Shown: positions 22,298 to 32,420 of the stretch, piece after piece
Numbering within the stretch: position 1 is the first letter of the stretch
How the letters are laid out: the number at the start of each line of letters is the position of its first letter
Notes under the pieces: generated by a model
Told to the model about the DNA's origin: nothing
The model's database searches: none
The model's input: the letters and a program-made list of their open reading frames with translations, nothing else
Origin: Alphaproteobacteria bacterium
Lineage (GTDB): Bacteria; Pseudomonadota; Alphaproteobacteria; MPNO01; UBA830
Reading direction: 5' to 3'
Assembly: GCA_965243135.1 (NCBI GenBank)
Contig: OZ251539.1
Span: forward strand, 1,984,001-2,048,000
Length of the DNA: 64,000 bases
Position numbers and translations under genes: made by a program

Positions 22298-23944
22298 ATG
22301 GCGGTCGAATCTGCACGCACGCTTTCCGGGACCGAGCTGTCGGGCGACGGCCAAGCTCTGGCTGCGGCATGCCGAGCGAATGCGGCTCTCTGCCAGGCGC
22401 TGGAAAGCGCACTCGATAAAGCGGAGAAGTTTCGCCGCGACGCCGAGAGGTGGCAGGGAGCTTTCCACCGGGCGATGGCGCTGATTAGAATCCTGAAAAA
22501 GAGACGCGAGGCGCCGCCCCGAGAGACGGCAGAGAACGAGAGTCTGAAGTCCCGCAGCCGCAGGTTTGCCCGGGAGTTGTTCGGGCGCCGCAGCGAGCGG
22601 CAGCCTACGGCAACCGGTCGACGCCGGGGGCGCAGTCAGGGAACGCCGTCGCACGGCCGCACGCCGCACCCCGAGCTGCCCGTTCGCGAGGAGGAGTCGC
22701 TTCCGGACGAGCGCACGTGTCCGGACTGCGGCAAGGCCTGGGTCTCGAACGGTTGGAAGGACACGGATCTCATCGAGACCAGGACCGTCACCTATGTCCG
22801 GAGGATTCGACGGAAGCGGCTGCGCCCGACCTGTACCTGCCGACCGGAAAAGGAGGCCGTCGGCCCGGCTCCGGCGCGGCTGTTTCCGAACACTCGGTAC
22901 GGAGTTTCCGTCTGGGCGTACGTCCTGGCGGAGAGGTACGGCCTGCACCGTCCGTTGCGCTCGGTCTGCCGCGCGCTGGGTCAGCACGGGCTTGCCATTG
23001 CGCCCGGCACGTTGGCGGACGCTCAGCGGGGATTCCTGCGACTGTTCGAGCCGCTCGACGATGAGATCTCCCGGCGCCTGTCGGAGGCGCCGGTCGTTCA
23101 CGGCGACGAAACAGGGTGGTGGATACGGGAGTTGGGCGAAGAAGACGGCGGCAACGCTCGCGCCTGGGCATGGATCGCCCGGTCGGCGGACGCGGTTCGC
23201 ATCGTTATTCTGCCGTCGCGCAGCGCGGAAGCCGCCCTTGAACTGTTCAGGGGGCTCGGCTCGCCCGAACAGGCGGCTCACCTGGTCTGCGACCGCTACT
23301 CCGCCTACCGGAAGCTGGCGCGCGTCATGGAAGGGTGCATCGTCCTTTCATATTGTTGGGTCCATGCCAGACGGGACTTCATCAACCTTGAGACCGGCTA
23401 CCCGAACCTCGCGAAGTTCGCCCAAAAATGGCTTCGTCACATTGCGGCATTGTACCGACTCAACGCCAGGCGTCTGGCGTGTCCGGGCAACGCCGCCGCC
23501 CAGCGGCGGCTCGCGAGATTCGCCGGAGCGTTCTTCGCGGCGGCGAAAAAGGCACGGGACGCGCTTCCGGAGAGCGCGGCGCAACGCGGCCCTCTGGACT
23601 CCCTGCTACGCCACCGCGACGGCCTGACAGTGTTCGTCGACAACGCAGACGTTCCCATGGACAACAACCCCGCCGAACGCGGCCTGCGCGGCCTCGCGAT
23701 CGGCCGGAAGCTCTCGTTCGGGTCGCATAGCGTGGACGGAGCGCAGTTGGCGGGCATGCTCTATTCCATCTTCGGCACGCTCGAGATGGCCGGCGTCTCG
23801 CCGTACCGCTGGCTACTCGGTTATCTCGATGCCTGCGCCCGGCATCGCGGTCCGCCGCCCGAAGGCCCTGCTGCCTGGCTGCCGTGGGGCGCAGGCGAGG
23901 AGCGTCTCCGCTCCTGGCGTCCCGCTCTCCCCCAAGGACCGTGA
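22298..23944 (+). CDS. tnpC: IS66-family transposase TnpC
   Basis: LFGRRSE, CPDCG zinc finger, VHGDETGW, LVCDRYSAY, CWVHARR and DNNPAERGLR motifs. Confidence 0.92.
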   Translation: MAVESARTLSGTELSGDGQALAAACRANAALCQALESALDKAEKFRRDAERWQGAFHRAMALIRILKKRREAPPRETAENESLKSRSRRFARELFGRRSERQPTATGRRRGRSQGTPSHGRTPHPELPVREEESLPDERTCPDCGKAWVSNGWKDTDLIETRTVTYVRRIRRKRLRPTCTCRPEKEAVGPAPARLFPNTRYGVSVWAYVLAERYGLHRPLRSVCRALGQHGLAIAPGTLADAQRGFLRLFEPLDDEISRRLSEAPVVHGDETGWWIRELGEEDGGNARAWAWIARSADAVRIVILPSRSAEAALELFRGLGSPEQAAHLVCDRYSAYRKLARVMEGCIVLSYCWVHARRDFINLETGYPNLAKFAQKWLRHIAALYRLNARRLACPGNAAAQRRLARFAGAFFAAAKKARDALPESAAQRGPLDSLLRHRDGLTVFVDNADVPMDNNPAERGLRGLAIGRKLSFGSHSVDGAQLAGMLYSIFGTLEMAGVSPYRWLLGYLDACARHRGPPPEGPAAWLPWGAGEERLRSWRPALPQGP

Positions 23945-24813
23945 GCGGCAGCCCCCGCCGCTACTGCGGGCGCGACTTCTCCGAGGACGAGGTCGACATG
24001 ATCCGCGGCCTGATCGCGAGGGGCGGCCTCCACCGCCGGGCGCTGTCGCGGGAGGTCTGCCGCCGCCTCGACTGGCGCAAGCCCGACGGCGGCCTAAAGG
24101 ATATGAGCGCGCGCGTCGCCATGTTGCGCATGCATCGCGACGGCGTGATCGTCTTGCCGCCGCCAAGGCGCGCGCCGGTCGTCCGCCGTCCGCTCGTGCC
24201 CGGTCCCGCGACCGACAGGCCCCCGTTCCCGACCCCCGAGCGTCTCGCCGATATCCAACCCGTCGCCGTTGAGCCCGTCCGGAACGCGGGCGAAGGCCGC
24301 CTCTGGAACGAGTTCGTCGCTCGCTACCACTATCTCGGCTATTCGACGCTGCCCGGCGCGCAGATGCGATACTTCGTTCGGGCCGCCGGAGGCGAACCCC
24401 TCGCCGTCCTCGGCTTCGGCGCCGCGGCCTGGAAGATCGCGCCGCGGGACAAGCTTGTCGGGTGGGATCCCGAGACCCGCCGCCGCAACCTGCCTCTCGT
24501 GGTCAACAATGCAAGGTTCCTGATCTTGCCGTGGGTCCGGATCAAAAACCTCGCGTCCTGCATCCTTGCCATGGTTGAATGTCGCCTGCCCGACGATTGG
24601 GAAGGCCGCTACGCGTTGCGCCCGGCCCTGATGGAGACCTTCTGCGAGAGCACGCGCTTCGAAGGAACCTGCTACCGGGCCGCCAACTGGACCAAGGTCG
24701 GCAAAACGCAGGGCCGCGGCAAGCTCGATACCCGGAAAGAACGCGCTCTCCCGGTCAAGGACATCTGGCTGAAACCCCTGCGCCGGGACTGGAGGCGGCT
24801 CCTCAATGAATAG
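23941..24813 (+). CDS. DUF4338-domain protein (family that includes Druantia DruA homologues)
   Basis: LWNEFVARYHYLGY, RDKLVGW, VVNNARFLILPWVRIKNLAS and GTCYRAANW; GTG start overlaps the tnpC stop. Confidence 0.88.
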   Translation: MSGSPRRYCGRDFSEDEVDMIRGLIARGGLHRRALSREVCRRLDWRKPDGGLKDMSARVAMLRMHRDGVIVLPPPRRAPVVRRPLVPGPATDRPPFPTPERLADIQPVAVEPVRNAGEGRLWNEFVARYHYLGYSTLPGAQMRYFVRAAGGEPLAVLGFGAAAWKIAPRDKLVGWDPETRRRNLPLVVNNARFLILPWVRIKNLASCILAMVECRLPDDWEGRYALRPALMETFCESTRFEGTCYRAANWTKVGKTQGRGKLDTRKERALPVKDIWLKPLRRDWRRLLNE

Positions 24814-24848
24814 GCCATCACCCCACGACCGAACGCTTACCCGTATTC

Positions 24849-25237
24849 AGCACGAACAACTTGCCGTCGCGCTCGGGATTTTCGCTGGCGAACCACAAGG
24901 CGACAAGAGCGCTCCATGTGAAATCAAGCAATCCGGTCGCAGCGCCGAAATGCTGGAGCTTCGCAAGCAGCTGAAGCGGGGTCGCTTCCTTGCCATGTTC
25001 CACTCCGAAACCGTCCCGCCGTGCCCGCCCGATGATGTCACGGTGGTAATCGATGCAATCCTTCGCCGAAACCTGTCTGTCGCTGCGCTTCAGACGGCGG
25101 ACGGCGGACGACTCCAGATCCCAGCCGGAATCCGCCTGACCTCTGAAAGCGTATGACCCCGGACTGGACGTGTTGTCCAAAATTTCGTTCAGATAGCTAT
25201 CGAGCATCGGTTGACCCCGGAACATGCGCCCGAACAC
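24849..25237 (-). pseudogene. N-terminal FRG domain of the interrupted FRG-TPR gene
   Basis: YAFRGQADSGWDLESSAVR and LQHFGAATGLLDFTWSALVALWFA; joins 22046 in frame (FVLNT|DDIGR) once the IS and one TSD copy are removed. Confidence 0.88.
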
Positions 25238-25636
25238 GTGAAGTGGTTGGCTTCCTCCGGCTCCTGTGTGCGTTCCGATGATTGCCGGTTCGAGAAGGGC
25301 AGAGGCCGGGAACTGGACAGGCTGACGTACGCCTCGCGCAGTGCCTGCCGCCTGTCGGGTTCACGCAGACGCCGCTGCCGGTCGCCGGAAACCCGCGACT
25401 GTAAATGCGCGATCCGCTCGGCCGGGCATGACAGTTTGTGAGAGCTTCGGGATTCATGGCGCCGCGGACGCAATGGTTGATGTTGGCGGCCATCCGTGAG
25501 TTCGCCATTTCGTCGTCTCTCTCTTCCGCCGTTTGATGACTTCATCCAGCGGAACCTTCGGGAAGCCATTGACCGGCCGCATGCTCTTGGCAGGCGGACA
25601 TGCTTTCCGTTTCCCGCCGCTCGGCGCAATGCATTG

Positions 25637-25875
25637 TCATTCGCCGCCCAGGAAGTCCACAGCTTTCGTCGCGAAGCTTGCCCCGTTCCTGACCTCGCAT
25701 TCCCAAATTACGAGAACATCCCATTTCGCGCAACTGCGCCTGGTGTTCGGCGTCTCGAACGGTGTTCCTCTCCAGTTTCGGCAGCCAGTAATCCCGGTTC
25801 GACCCGGGCTGCCGGGAGATCCTGCAACCGGGGTGCTGACGCCGGAAACGGCCGTGCACGAAGATTGCCTTCCTC
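25637..25875 (-). pseudogene. vsr: Very-short-patch-repair endonuclease, 5'-truncated remnant
   Basis: AIFVHG..QHPGC...NRDYWLPKLERN..RD and WDVLVIWECE motifs; cut by an IS end at 25876. Confidence 0.8.
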
Positions 25876-26229
25876 CAGAAATTCCCGCTAAGGTGGCCGC
25901 CCTTTGCGAAAGGCGCGTCGAGATAGCGTCGTTACCGAGGGACCAGCCGCCGCGACGCACCTTCCCCGCTTCGGCTTGGCGCCGACTTAGCCTTGACCAT
26001 CCTGTTTCCCCTGAAAAACTTGCTTTGGCACATTCGGTCACGGTGCCAGGTCAGGAGGTGTCGTAGGGAATTCCCGCTGCTTTCCGGTATCCAAACGCGA
26101 TCATAGAGCGTTTCCCAGTCCTTCAGGAAGTACTCGAGAAACAATCCCCGCACCTTTTCCCAGAAGTAAATGGACCGCTTGGCCTTCGTTTTCGCCTGTT
26201 GGAACAGTTTGCAACATCGCTGTTGAATC
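25876..26229 (-). mobile_element. 3' fragment of the ISNCY element seen complete at 39615-41263
   Basis: Near-identical to 39615-39971 including the CAGAAATTCCCGCTAAGG end. Confidence 0.9.
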
Positions 26230-26905
26230 GTAAGCGTTCGGTCGAGGGGTGATGGCCTATTTGTTGAGGAGCCGCCTCCAGTCCCGGCACAGGGGCTTCA
26301 GCATCCTTGACCGGGAGAGCGCGTTCGTTCCGCACGTCGAGCTTGCCGCGCCCTTGAGTGCGGCCAGCCCTAGTCCAGTTGGCGGCCTGGTAGCAGGTTC
26401 CTTCGAAGCGCATGCTCTCGCAAAAGGTCTCCGCCGGGCGTAACGCATAGCGGCCTTCCCAATCGTCGGGCAGGCGACACCAAGGCAAGGGGATGCGAGG
26501 TTTTTGATTCGGACCCACGGCAGGGCCCTTGCATTGTTGACCACGAGAGGCAGGTTGCGGCGGCGGGTCTCGGGATCCCACGAGCTTGTCCCGCGGCGCG
26601 GTCTTCCAGGCTGCGGCGCCGAAGCCGAGGACAGCGAGGGGTTCGCCGCCAGCGGCCCGGACGAAGTGCTGTGCGCCGGGCAGCGTCGAGTAGCCAAGAT
26701 AGTGGTAGCGGGCGACGAACTCGTTCCAGAGGCGGCCTTCGCCTGCGTTCCGGACAGGTTCCACTGCGACGGGTTGGACATCGGCAAGGCGCTCGGGGAC
26801 CGGGAGCAGGGGCCGGTCGGTCGCGGGACCGGGCACGAGCGGACAGCGGACGACCGGCGCACGCCTTGGCGGCGGCAGGACGGCCGTCGCGGTGCATGCG
26901 CAACA
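26230..26905 (-). mobile_element. Partial IS66/DUF4338 element (right end plus degenerate DUF4338 gene)
   Basis: GTAAGCGTTCGGTCGAGGGG at 26230; homologous to ~24120-24840 with frameshifts. Confidence 0.85.
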
Positions 26906-26907
26906 TG

Positions 26908-27565
26908 CGTGACGGCTGACCGACCGTTTGCATGTTGCGGAGAGGTCAGGCGGGTGAGTGCAAAACCGGAGGCCGACGCCTGCCGTCACCGTTTCCGGTT
27001 TCGCTTTCCCGAGCCGCTTCGGTTGATGGCTTCGAACGAGCCCATGGTTTTCGGCGGCGGAAGTCCGCTCGCTCGACCGGAGGACGCTCTCGTTCGACGG
27101 AACCGTTGCCTGGCGTTCCGGCGTTTCGCCGCTTGCGGCGCTTGTCGTCGCGCGCCTCCGGCGGCGAACCAACGCAGGGGCGGCGAGGCCCGCCGCGACG
27201 ATCGTCGTCGGAGGCGCGCGGCTTGGCGAGGGCGCTTGCCGTCGTGTTGCGCCGGCCCTGGTTTCCGCGGCGAGGGCGTCGACCTTGCCGTCGAGGCTCG
27301 CGAAGCCGGCGTCGTTGTCGATACGCGTCGCCTTTGGCGACGGCGCCTTCCGTCGGCGTTCGCTTCCGCCCGCGGCCTCCTGGCCGCGCGTCGAACGCGC
27401 TCGCCTCGGCGGGGCAGGATTTCCGCGGAGCGACAGGTTCGCTCGCCTCCGCGCTTTTCCCCGCCGTGCCGCCGCGGAAACTGCCGGCTGCTTCTCGCGC
27501 GACGCAGACAGGCCTGCCGCCGCCGACTTCTTGACGGCTCCGGCATGGCGGCCTACCCTCTTCGA
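26908..27565. repeat. Right arm of the long inverted repeat (upstream of copy D)
   Basis: Reverse-complement homologue of 11236-11890; ends in TTGACG(27531)-N17-TACCCT(27554)-N6-ATG. Confidence 0.8.
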
Positions 27566-29101
27566 ATGACGAAACGCATGCTTCCGATCGGCTTTTCCTC
27601 CCTCCGGGAGATCCGGGGGATGAACTGCTACTACGTCGACAAGACGGACCATGTGCGCCGCCTCGTCGAAGGGGGCAAGTACTATTTCCTGTCGCGTCCG
27701 CGCCGGTTCGGCAAGACCCTCCTGGTGGACACGCTGCAGAAGCTGTTCGAGGGAAGCGAGGAACTGTTCCGGGGCCTCGCCGTGCACGACAAGTGGGACT
27801 GGTCGGCGCGCCATCCGGTCGTGCGGATCAGCTTCGGCGGGGGCAATTTCGACTCCCCGGACCTCGTTCGGGAAAACGTGGAAGACCAGTTGGAGGAAAC
27901 TGAGCGGCTGGCCGGCCTCGAACCGGGTCCCGCCGGGGCGGCGGTCCGTTTCCGGCGCCTGATAAGGGCGCTGCACGAGCGCGCCGGGCAGCGGGCGGTC
28001 GTTCTGGTGGACGAATACGACAAGCCGATCCTGGACGCGCTCGGCGACCGGGAACTGGCGCTGGCCAACCGCGGCTTCCTGCGCGGCTTCTACGCGATGA
28101 TCAAGGAGTGCGACGAGCAGCTCCGTTTCGTTTTCCTGACGGGGGTGAGCAAGTTCTCGAAGTCGGGTCTGTTCTCGGGCCTGAACAACCTGAACGACAT
28201 CACGCTGGACGAGCGTTACGGCACTATCTGCGGCTGCACGGACGCGGAACTGGACGCGGTCTTCGCCCCGGAACTCGAGGGCCTGGACCGGGACGAAATC
28301 CGCCGCTGGTACAACGGCTACAACTGGCTCGGACCGGAGAGGGTCTACAACCCGTTCGGCCTCCTGCTGCTGTTCGACAAACGCAAGCTCGGCAACTACT
28401 GGTTCGAGAGCGGCACGCCGACCTTCCTGATCGAGACGCTGGCGCGCCGCAACCTGCCCACTCCCCGCCTGGACGGCATGATCGGCAGCGAGAGCCTGCT
28501 CTCGACCTTCGACGTGGACAGGATGTCGGTCCAGGCGCTTCTGTTCCAGACCGGCTACCTCACCATCGCCGGCGAGGAGGACGGGCGCTACCGGCTGGAC
28601 TACCCGAACCTCGAGGTGCGCCAGAGCCTGGGCGAAGCCCTGCTGGAAGAACTGCTCCCGGCCGAGGCCCGCGAGGAGACGGAGAACCTGCGGCTGGGCG
28701 AATTGCTGGCGGCGAACGACTTCAAGCGCATCGAGACCCTGTTCCGCGGCATTTTCGCCGCCATCCCGCACCAGTGGTACATGAACAGCCCCGTCGCGAA
28801 GTACGAGGCCCACTACGCGAGCGTCATCCACAGCTGCTTCCTGATGGAGGGCCTCGAACCGGTCGCCGAGGACAGCGGCAGCCGGGGGCGCGCCGACATG
28901 GCGATCCGCTCCGGCGGGCGCGTCTACCTGTTCGAGTTCAAGGTGGTGGAGCGCGGGCGGGAGGGGACCGCGCTCGCGCAGCTGCGGGAGAAGGGCTACG
29001 CGGACAAGTACCGCCGTCTCGGGCGTTCGGTCCACCTGATCGGGGTGGAGTTCAGCCGCGAGGAGCGCAACGTCGTCGGCTTCGACTGCGAGGCCGCCTG
29101 A
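27566..29101 (+). CDS. AAA-ATPase-like + PD-(D/E)XK nuclease protein, copy D
   Basis: MTKRMLPIG start, Walker A/B, YLFEFK; 511 aa, intact. Confidence 0.92.
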   Translation: MTKRMLPIGFSSLREIRGMNCYYVDKTDHVRRLVEGGKYYFLSRPRRFGKTLLVDTLQKLFEGSEELFRGLAVHDKWDWSARHPVVRISFGGGNFDSPDLVRENVEDQLEETERLAGLEPGPAGAAVRFRRLIRALHERAGQRAVVLVDEYDKPILDALGDRELALANRGFLRGFYAMIKECDEQLRFVFLTGVSKFSKSGLFSGLNNLNDITLDERYGTICGCTDAELDAVFAPELEGLDRDEIRRWYNGYNWLGPERVYNPFGLLLLFDKRKLGNYWFESGTPTFLIETLARRNLPTPRLDGMIGSESLLSTFDVDRMSVQALLFQTGYLTIAGEEDGRYRLDYPNLEVRQSLGEALLEELLPAEAREETENLRLGELLAANDFKRIETLFRGIFAAIPHQWYMNSPVAKYEAHYASVIHSCFLMEGLEPVAEDSGSRGRADMAIRSGGRVYLFEFKVVERGREGTALAQLREKGYADKYRRLGRSVHLIGVEFSREERNVVGFDCEAA

Positions 29102-29209
29102 ACGGCTTCCCGTCAGCCGCCTCCGCGAAAGAACGCCGCCCGCAGCGCGGGACAGGCCTGCCGCCGCCGACTTCTTGACGGCTCCGGCGCGGCGGCCTAC
29201 CCTCTTCGA
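29102..29209 (+). promoter_or_regulatory. Conserved 108-bp inter-copy spacer with putative leaderless promoter
   Basis: Repeated at 30743-30840, 32313-32420 and (truncated) 33946-34020; TTGACG 29175, TACCCT 29198, ATG 29210. Confidence 0.65.
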
Positions 29210-30742
29210 ATGACCAAACGCATGCTGCCGATCGGCTTGACCTCCCTCCAGAAAATCCGGGGGGAGATGGACTGCTACTACGTCGACAAGACGGACCATG
29301 TCCGCCGCCTTGTCGAGGGTGGTCAATATTATTTTCTGTCGCGTCCGCGCCGGTTCGGCAAGACCCTGCTGGTGGACACGCTGCAGAAGCTGTTCGAGGG
29401 AAGCGAGGAACTGTTCCGGGGCCTCGCCGTGCACGGCAAGTGGGACTGGTCAACGCGCCATCCTGTCGTGCGGATCAGCTTCGGCGGGGGCGATTTCGGC
29501 GACCCGGACGGAGTTCGGGAAGAAACGGAATCGCAACTGAAGGCGGCGGAGAGGCTAGCCGGCATCGAGCCGGGCAGCGCCAGAGTTTCGGTCCGCTTCC
29601 GGGAACTGATCGCTGCCCTGCACGAACGCACCGGGCAGCGGACAGTGGTTCTGGTGGACGAATACGACAAGCCGATCCTGGACGCGCTCGGCGACCGGGA
29701 GCTGGCGCGGGCCAACCGCGACTTCCTGCGCAGCCTGTACGGGGTTATCAAGGACTGCGACGAGCATCTCCGTTTCGTTTTCCTGACGGGAGTGAGCAAG
29801 TTGTCGGGTCTGTTCTCGGGCCTGAACAACCTGCGCGACATCACGCTGGCTCCGGAGTTCTCGGACATCTGCGGCTGCACGGACGCGGAACTGGACGCGG
29901 TCTTCGCCCCGGAACTGGAGGGCCTGGACCGGGACGAAATCCGCCGCTGGTACAACGGCTACAACTGGTGCGGGCCGGAGAAGCTCTACAATCCGTTCGG
30001 CCTCCTGCTGCTGTTCGCCGAGCGCAGGTTCAGCAACTACTGGTTCGAGAGCGGTACGCCGACCTTCCTGATCGAGACGCTGGCGCGCCGCAACCTGCCC
30101 ACTCCCCGCCTGGACGGCATGATCGGCAGCGAGAGCCTGCTCTCGACCTTCGACGTGGACAGGATGTCGGTCCAGGCGCTTCTGTTCCAGACCGGCTACC
30201 TCACCATCGCCGGCGAGGAGGACGGGCGCTACCGGCTGGGCTACCCGAACCTCGAGGTGCGCCAGAGCCTGGGCGAGGCCCTGCTGGAAGAACTGCTCCC
30301 GGACGAGGCCCGCGAGGAGACGGAGAACCTGCGGCTGGGCGAATTGCTGGAGGCGAACGATTTCAAGCGTCTCGAAACCCTGTTCCGCGGCATTTTCGCC
30401 GCCATCCCGCACCAGTGGTACATGAACAGCCCCGTCGCGAAGTACGAGGCCCACTACGCGAGCGTCATCCACAGCTGCTTCCTGATGGAGGGCCTCGAGC
30501 CGGTGGCCGAGGACAGCGGCAGCCGGGGGCGCGCCGACATGGCGATCCGCTCCGGCGGGCGCGTCTACCTGTTCGAGTTCAAGGTGGTGGAGCGCGGGCG
30601 GGAGGGGACCGCGCTCGCGCAACTGCGGGACAAGGGCTACGCGGACAAGTACCGCCGTCTCGGGCGTTCGGTCCACCTGATCGGGGTGGAGTTCAGCCGC
30701 GAAGAGCGCAACGTCGTCGGGTTCGACTGCGAGGCCGCCTGA
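29210..30742 (+). CDS. AAA-ATPase-like + PD-(D/E)XK nuclease protein, copy E
   Basis: 510 aa, intact; same motifs as the other copies. Confidence 0.92.
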   Translation: MTKRMLPIGLTSLQKIRGEMDCYYVDKTDHVRRLVEGGQYYFLSRPRRFGKTLLVDTLQKLFEGSEELFRGLAVHGKWDWSTRHPVVRISFGGGDFGDPDGVREETESQLKAAERLAGIEPGSARVSVRFRELIAALHERTGQRTVVLVDEYDKPILDALGDRELARANRDFLRSLYGVIKDCDEHLRFVFLTGVSKLSGLFSGLNNLRDITLAPEFSDICGCTDAELDAVFAPELEGLDRDEIRRWYNGYNWCGPEKLYNPFGLLLLFAERRFSNYWFESGTPTFLIETLARRNLPTPRLDGMIGSESLLSTFDVDRMSVQALLFQTGYLTIAGEEDGRYRLGYPNLEVRQSLGEALLEELLPDEAREETENLRLGELLEANDFKRLETLFRGIFAAIPHQWYMNSPVAKYEAHYASVIHSCFLMEGLEPVAEDSGSRGRADMAIRSGGRVYLFEFKVVERGREGTALAQLRDKGYADKYRRLGRSVHLIGVEFSREERNVVGFDCEAA

Positions 30743-30839
30743 ACGGCTTCCCGTCAGCCGCCTCCGCGAAAGAACGCCGCCCGCAGCGCGGGACAGGCCT
30801 GCCGCCGCCGACTTCTTGACGGGCGCGGCGGCCTACCCT

Positions 30840-32312
30840 CTGACGAAATGCATGCTCGGCTTGACCTCCCTCCGGAAAATCCGGACGAGGGACTGCTACT
30901 ACGTCGACAAGACGGACCATGTGCGCCGCCTCGTCGAAGAGGGCGATTACTATTTCCTGTCGCGTCCGCGCCGGTTCGGCAAGACCCTTCTGGTGGACAC
31001 GCTGCAGGAGCTGTTCGAGGGAAGCGAGGAGCTGTTCCGGGGCCTCGCCGTGCACGGCAGGTGGGACTGGTCGACGCGCCGCCCGGTCGTGCGGATCAGC
31101 TTCGGCGGGGGCAATTTCGACACTCCGGACTTCGTTCGGAAAGATGTGGAGGACCAGCTGGAGGAGACGGAGCGGCTGGCGGGCCTCGAACCGGGGCCTG
31201 CCGAGGCGTCGATCCGTTTCCGGCGCCTGCGCTGCACGAGCGCCCCGGGCGGCGGGCGGTCGTTCTGGTGGACGAACAAGCCGGTCGCGCTCGGCGACCG
31301 GGAACTGGCGCTGGCCAACCGCGACTTCCTGCGCGGCTTCTACGCGATGATCAAGGACAGCGACAAGCATCTCCGTTTCGTTTTCCTGACGGGGGTGAGC
31401 AAGTTGGCTGGCCTGTTTTCGGGCCTGAACAACCTGCGTCACGCTGGCTCCGGAGTTCTCGGACATCTGCGGCTGCACGGACGCGGAACTGGACGCGGTC
31501 TTCGCCCCGGAACTCAAGGGCCTGGACCGGGACGAAATCCGCCGCTGGTACAACGGCTACAACTGGCGCGGGCCGGAGAAGCTCTACAATCCGTTCGGCC
31601 TCCTGCTGCTGTTCGCCGAGCGCAGGTTCGGCAACTACTGGTTCGAGAGCGGCACGCCGACCTTCCTGGTCGAGACGCTGGCGCGCCGCGACCTGCCCAC
31701 TCCCCGCCTGGACGGCATGACCGGCAGCGAGAGCCTGCTCTCGACCTTCGACGTGGACAGGGTCGAGGCGCTTCTGTTCCAGACCGGCTACCTCACCATC
31801 GCCGGCGAGGAGGACGGGCGCTACCGGCTGGGCTATCCGAACCTCGAGGTGCGCCGGAGCCTGGGCGAGGCCCTGCTGGAAGAACTGCTCCCGGCCGAGG
31901 CCCGCGAGGAGACGGAGAACCTGCGGCTGGGCGAACTGCTGGAGGCGAACGACTTCAAGCGTCTCGAAACCCTGTTCCGCGGCATTTTCGCCCCGCATTT
32001 TCGCCCCGCACCAGATGGTACATGAACAGCCCGGTGTACGAGGCCCACTACGCGAGCGTCGTCCACAGCTGCTTGGAGGGCGTCGAGCCGGTGGCCGAGG
32101 ACAGCGGCAGCCGGGGGCGCGCGGCGATCCGCGCCGGCGGGCGCGTCTACCTGTTCGAGTTCAAGGTGGTGGAGCGCGGGCGGGAGGGGACCGCGCTCGC
32201 GCAGCTGCGGGAGAAGGGCTACGCGGACAAGTACCGCCGTCTCGGGCGTTCGGTCCACCTGGTGGAGTTCAGCCGCGAGGAGCGCAACGTCGTCGGCTGC
32301 GAGGCCGCCTGA
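30840..32312 (+). pseudogene. AAA-ATPase-like + PD-(D/E)XK nuclease protein, copy F (many small deletions)
   Basis: Full-length homology split over frames; start context eroded. Confidence 0.88.
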
Positions 32313-32420
32313 ACGGCTTCCCGTCAGCCGCCTCCGCGAAGGAACGCCGCCCGCAGCGCGGGACAGGCCTGCCGCCGCCGACTTCTTGACGGTTCCGGCG
32401 CGGCGGCCTAATCTCTTCCG

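Larger units (their letters stand above)
22047..24840 (+). mobile_element. IS66-family element (tnpC + DUF4338 gene) with 8-bp TSD
   Basis: Perfect TIR GTAAGCGTTCGGTCGTGGGGTG; TSD CCGTATTC at 22039-22046 and 24841-24848. Confidence 0.93.

Noticed and set aside
20108-23281. 1057-aa ORF as a single gene
   Set aside because: Its N-terminal ~410 aa are antisense read-through of the IS66 element; the real N-terminus is the FRG domain at 24849-25237.
23941-24813. Druantia defence system
   Set aside because: Only a DUF4338 gene inside IS66 ends; no DruE-type helicase or other dru genes.
26504-27565. N-terminal extensions of nuclease copies D and A (to 26504 and 11889)
   Set aside because: Arg/Ala-rich non-coding read-through; all paralogs start at M(T/A)KRMLPIG directly after the promoter module.
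26123-29434. Long antisense ORFs (also 9391-11682, 13323-15278, 43975-45825, 49340-51739, 59219-61459)
   Set aside because: Shadow frames of high-GC genes on the opposite strand, with no recognisable motifs.
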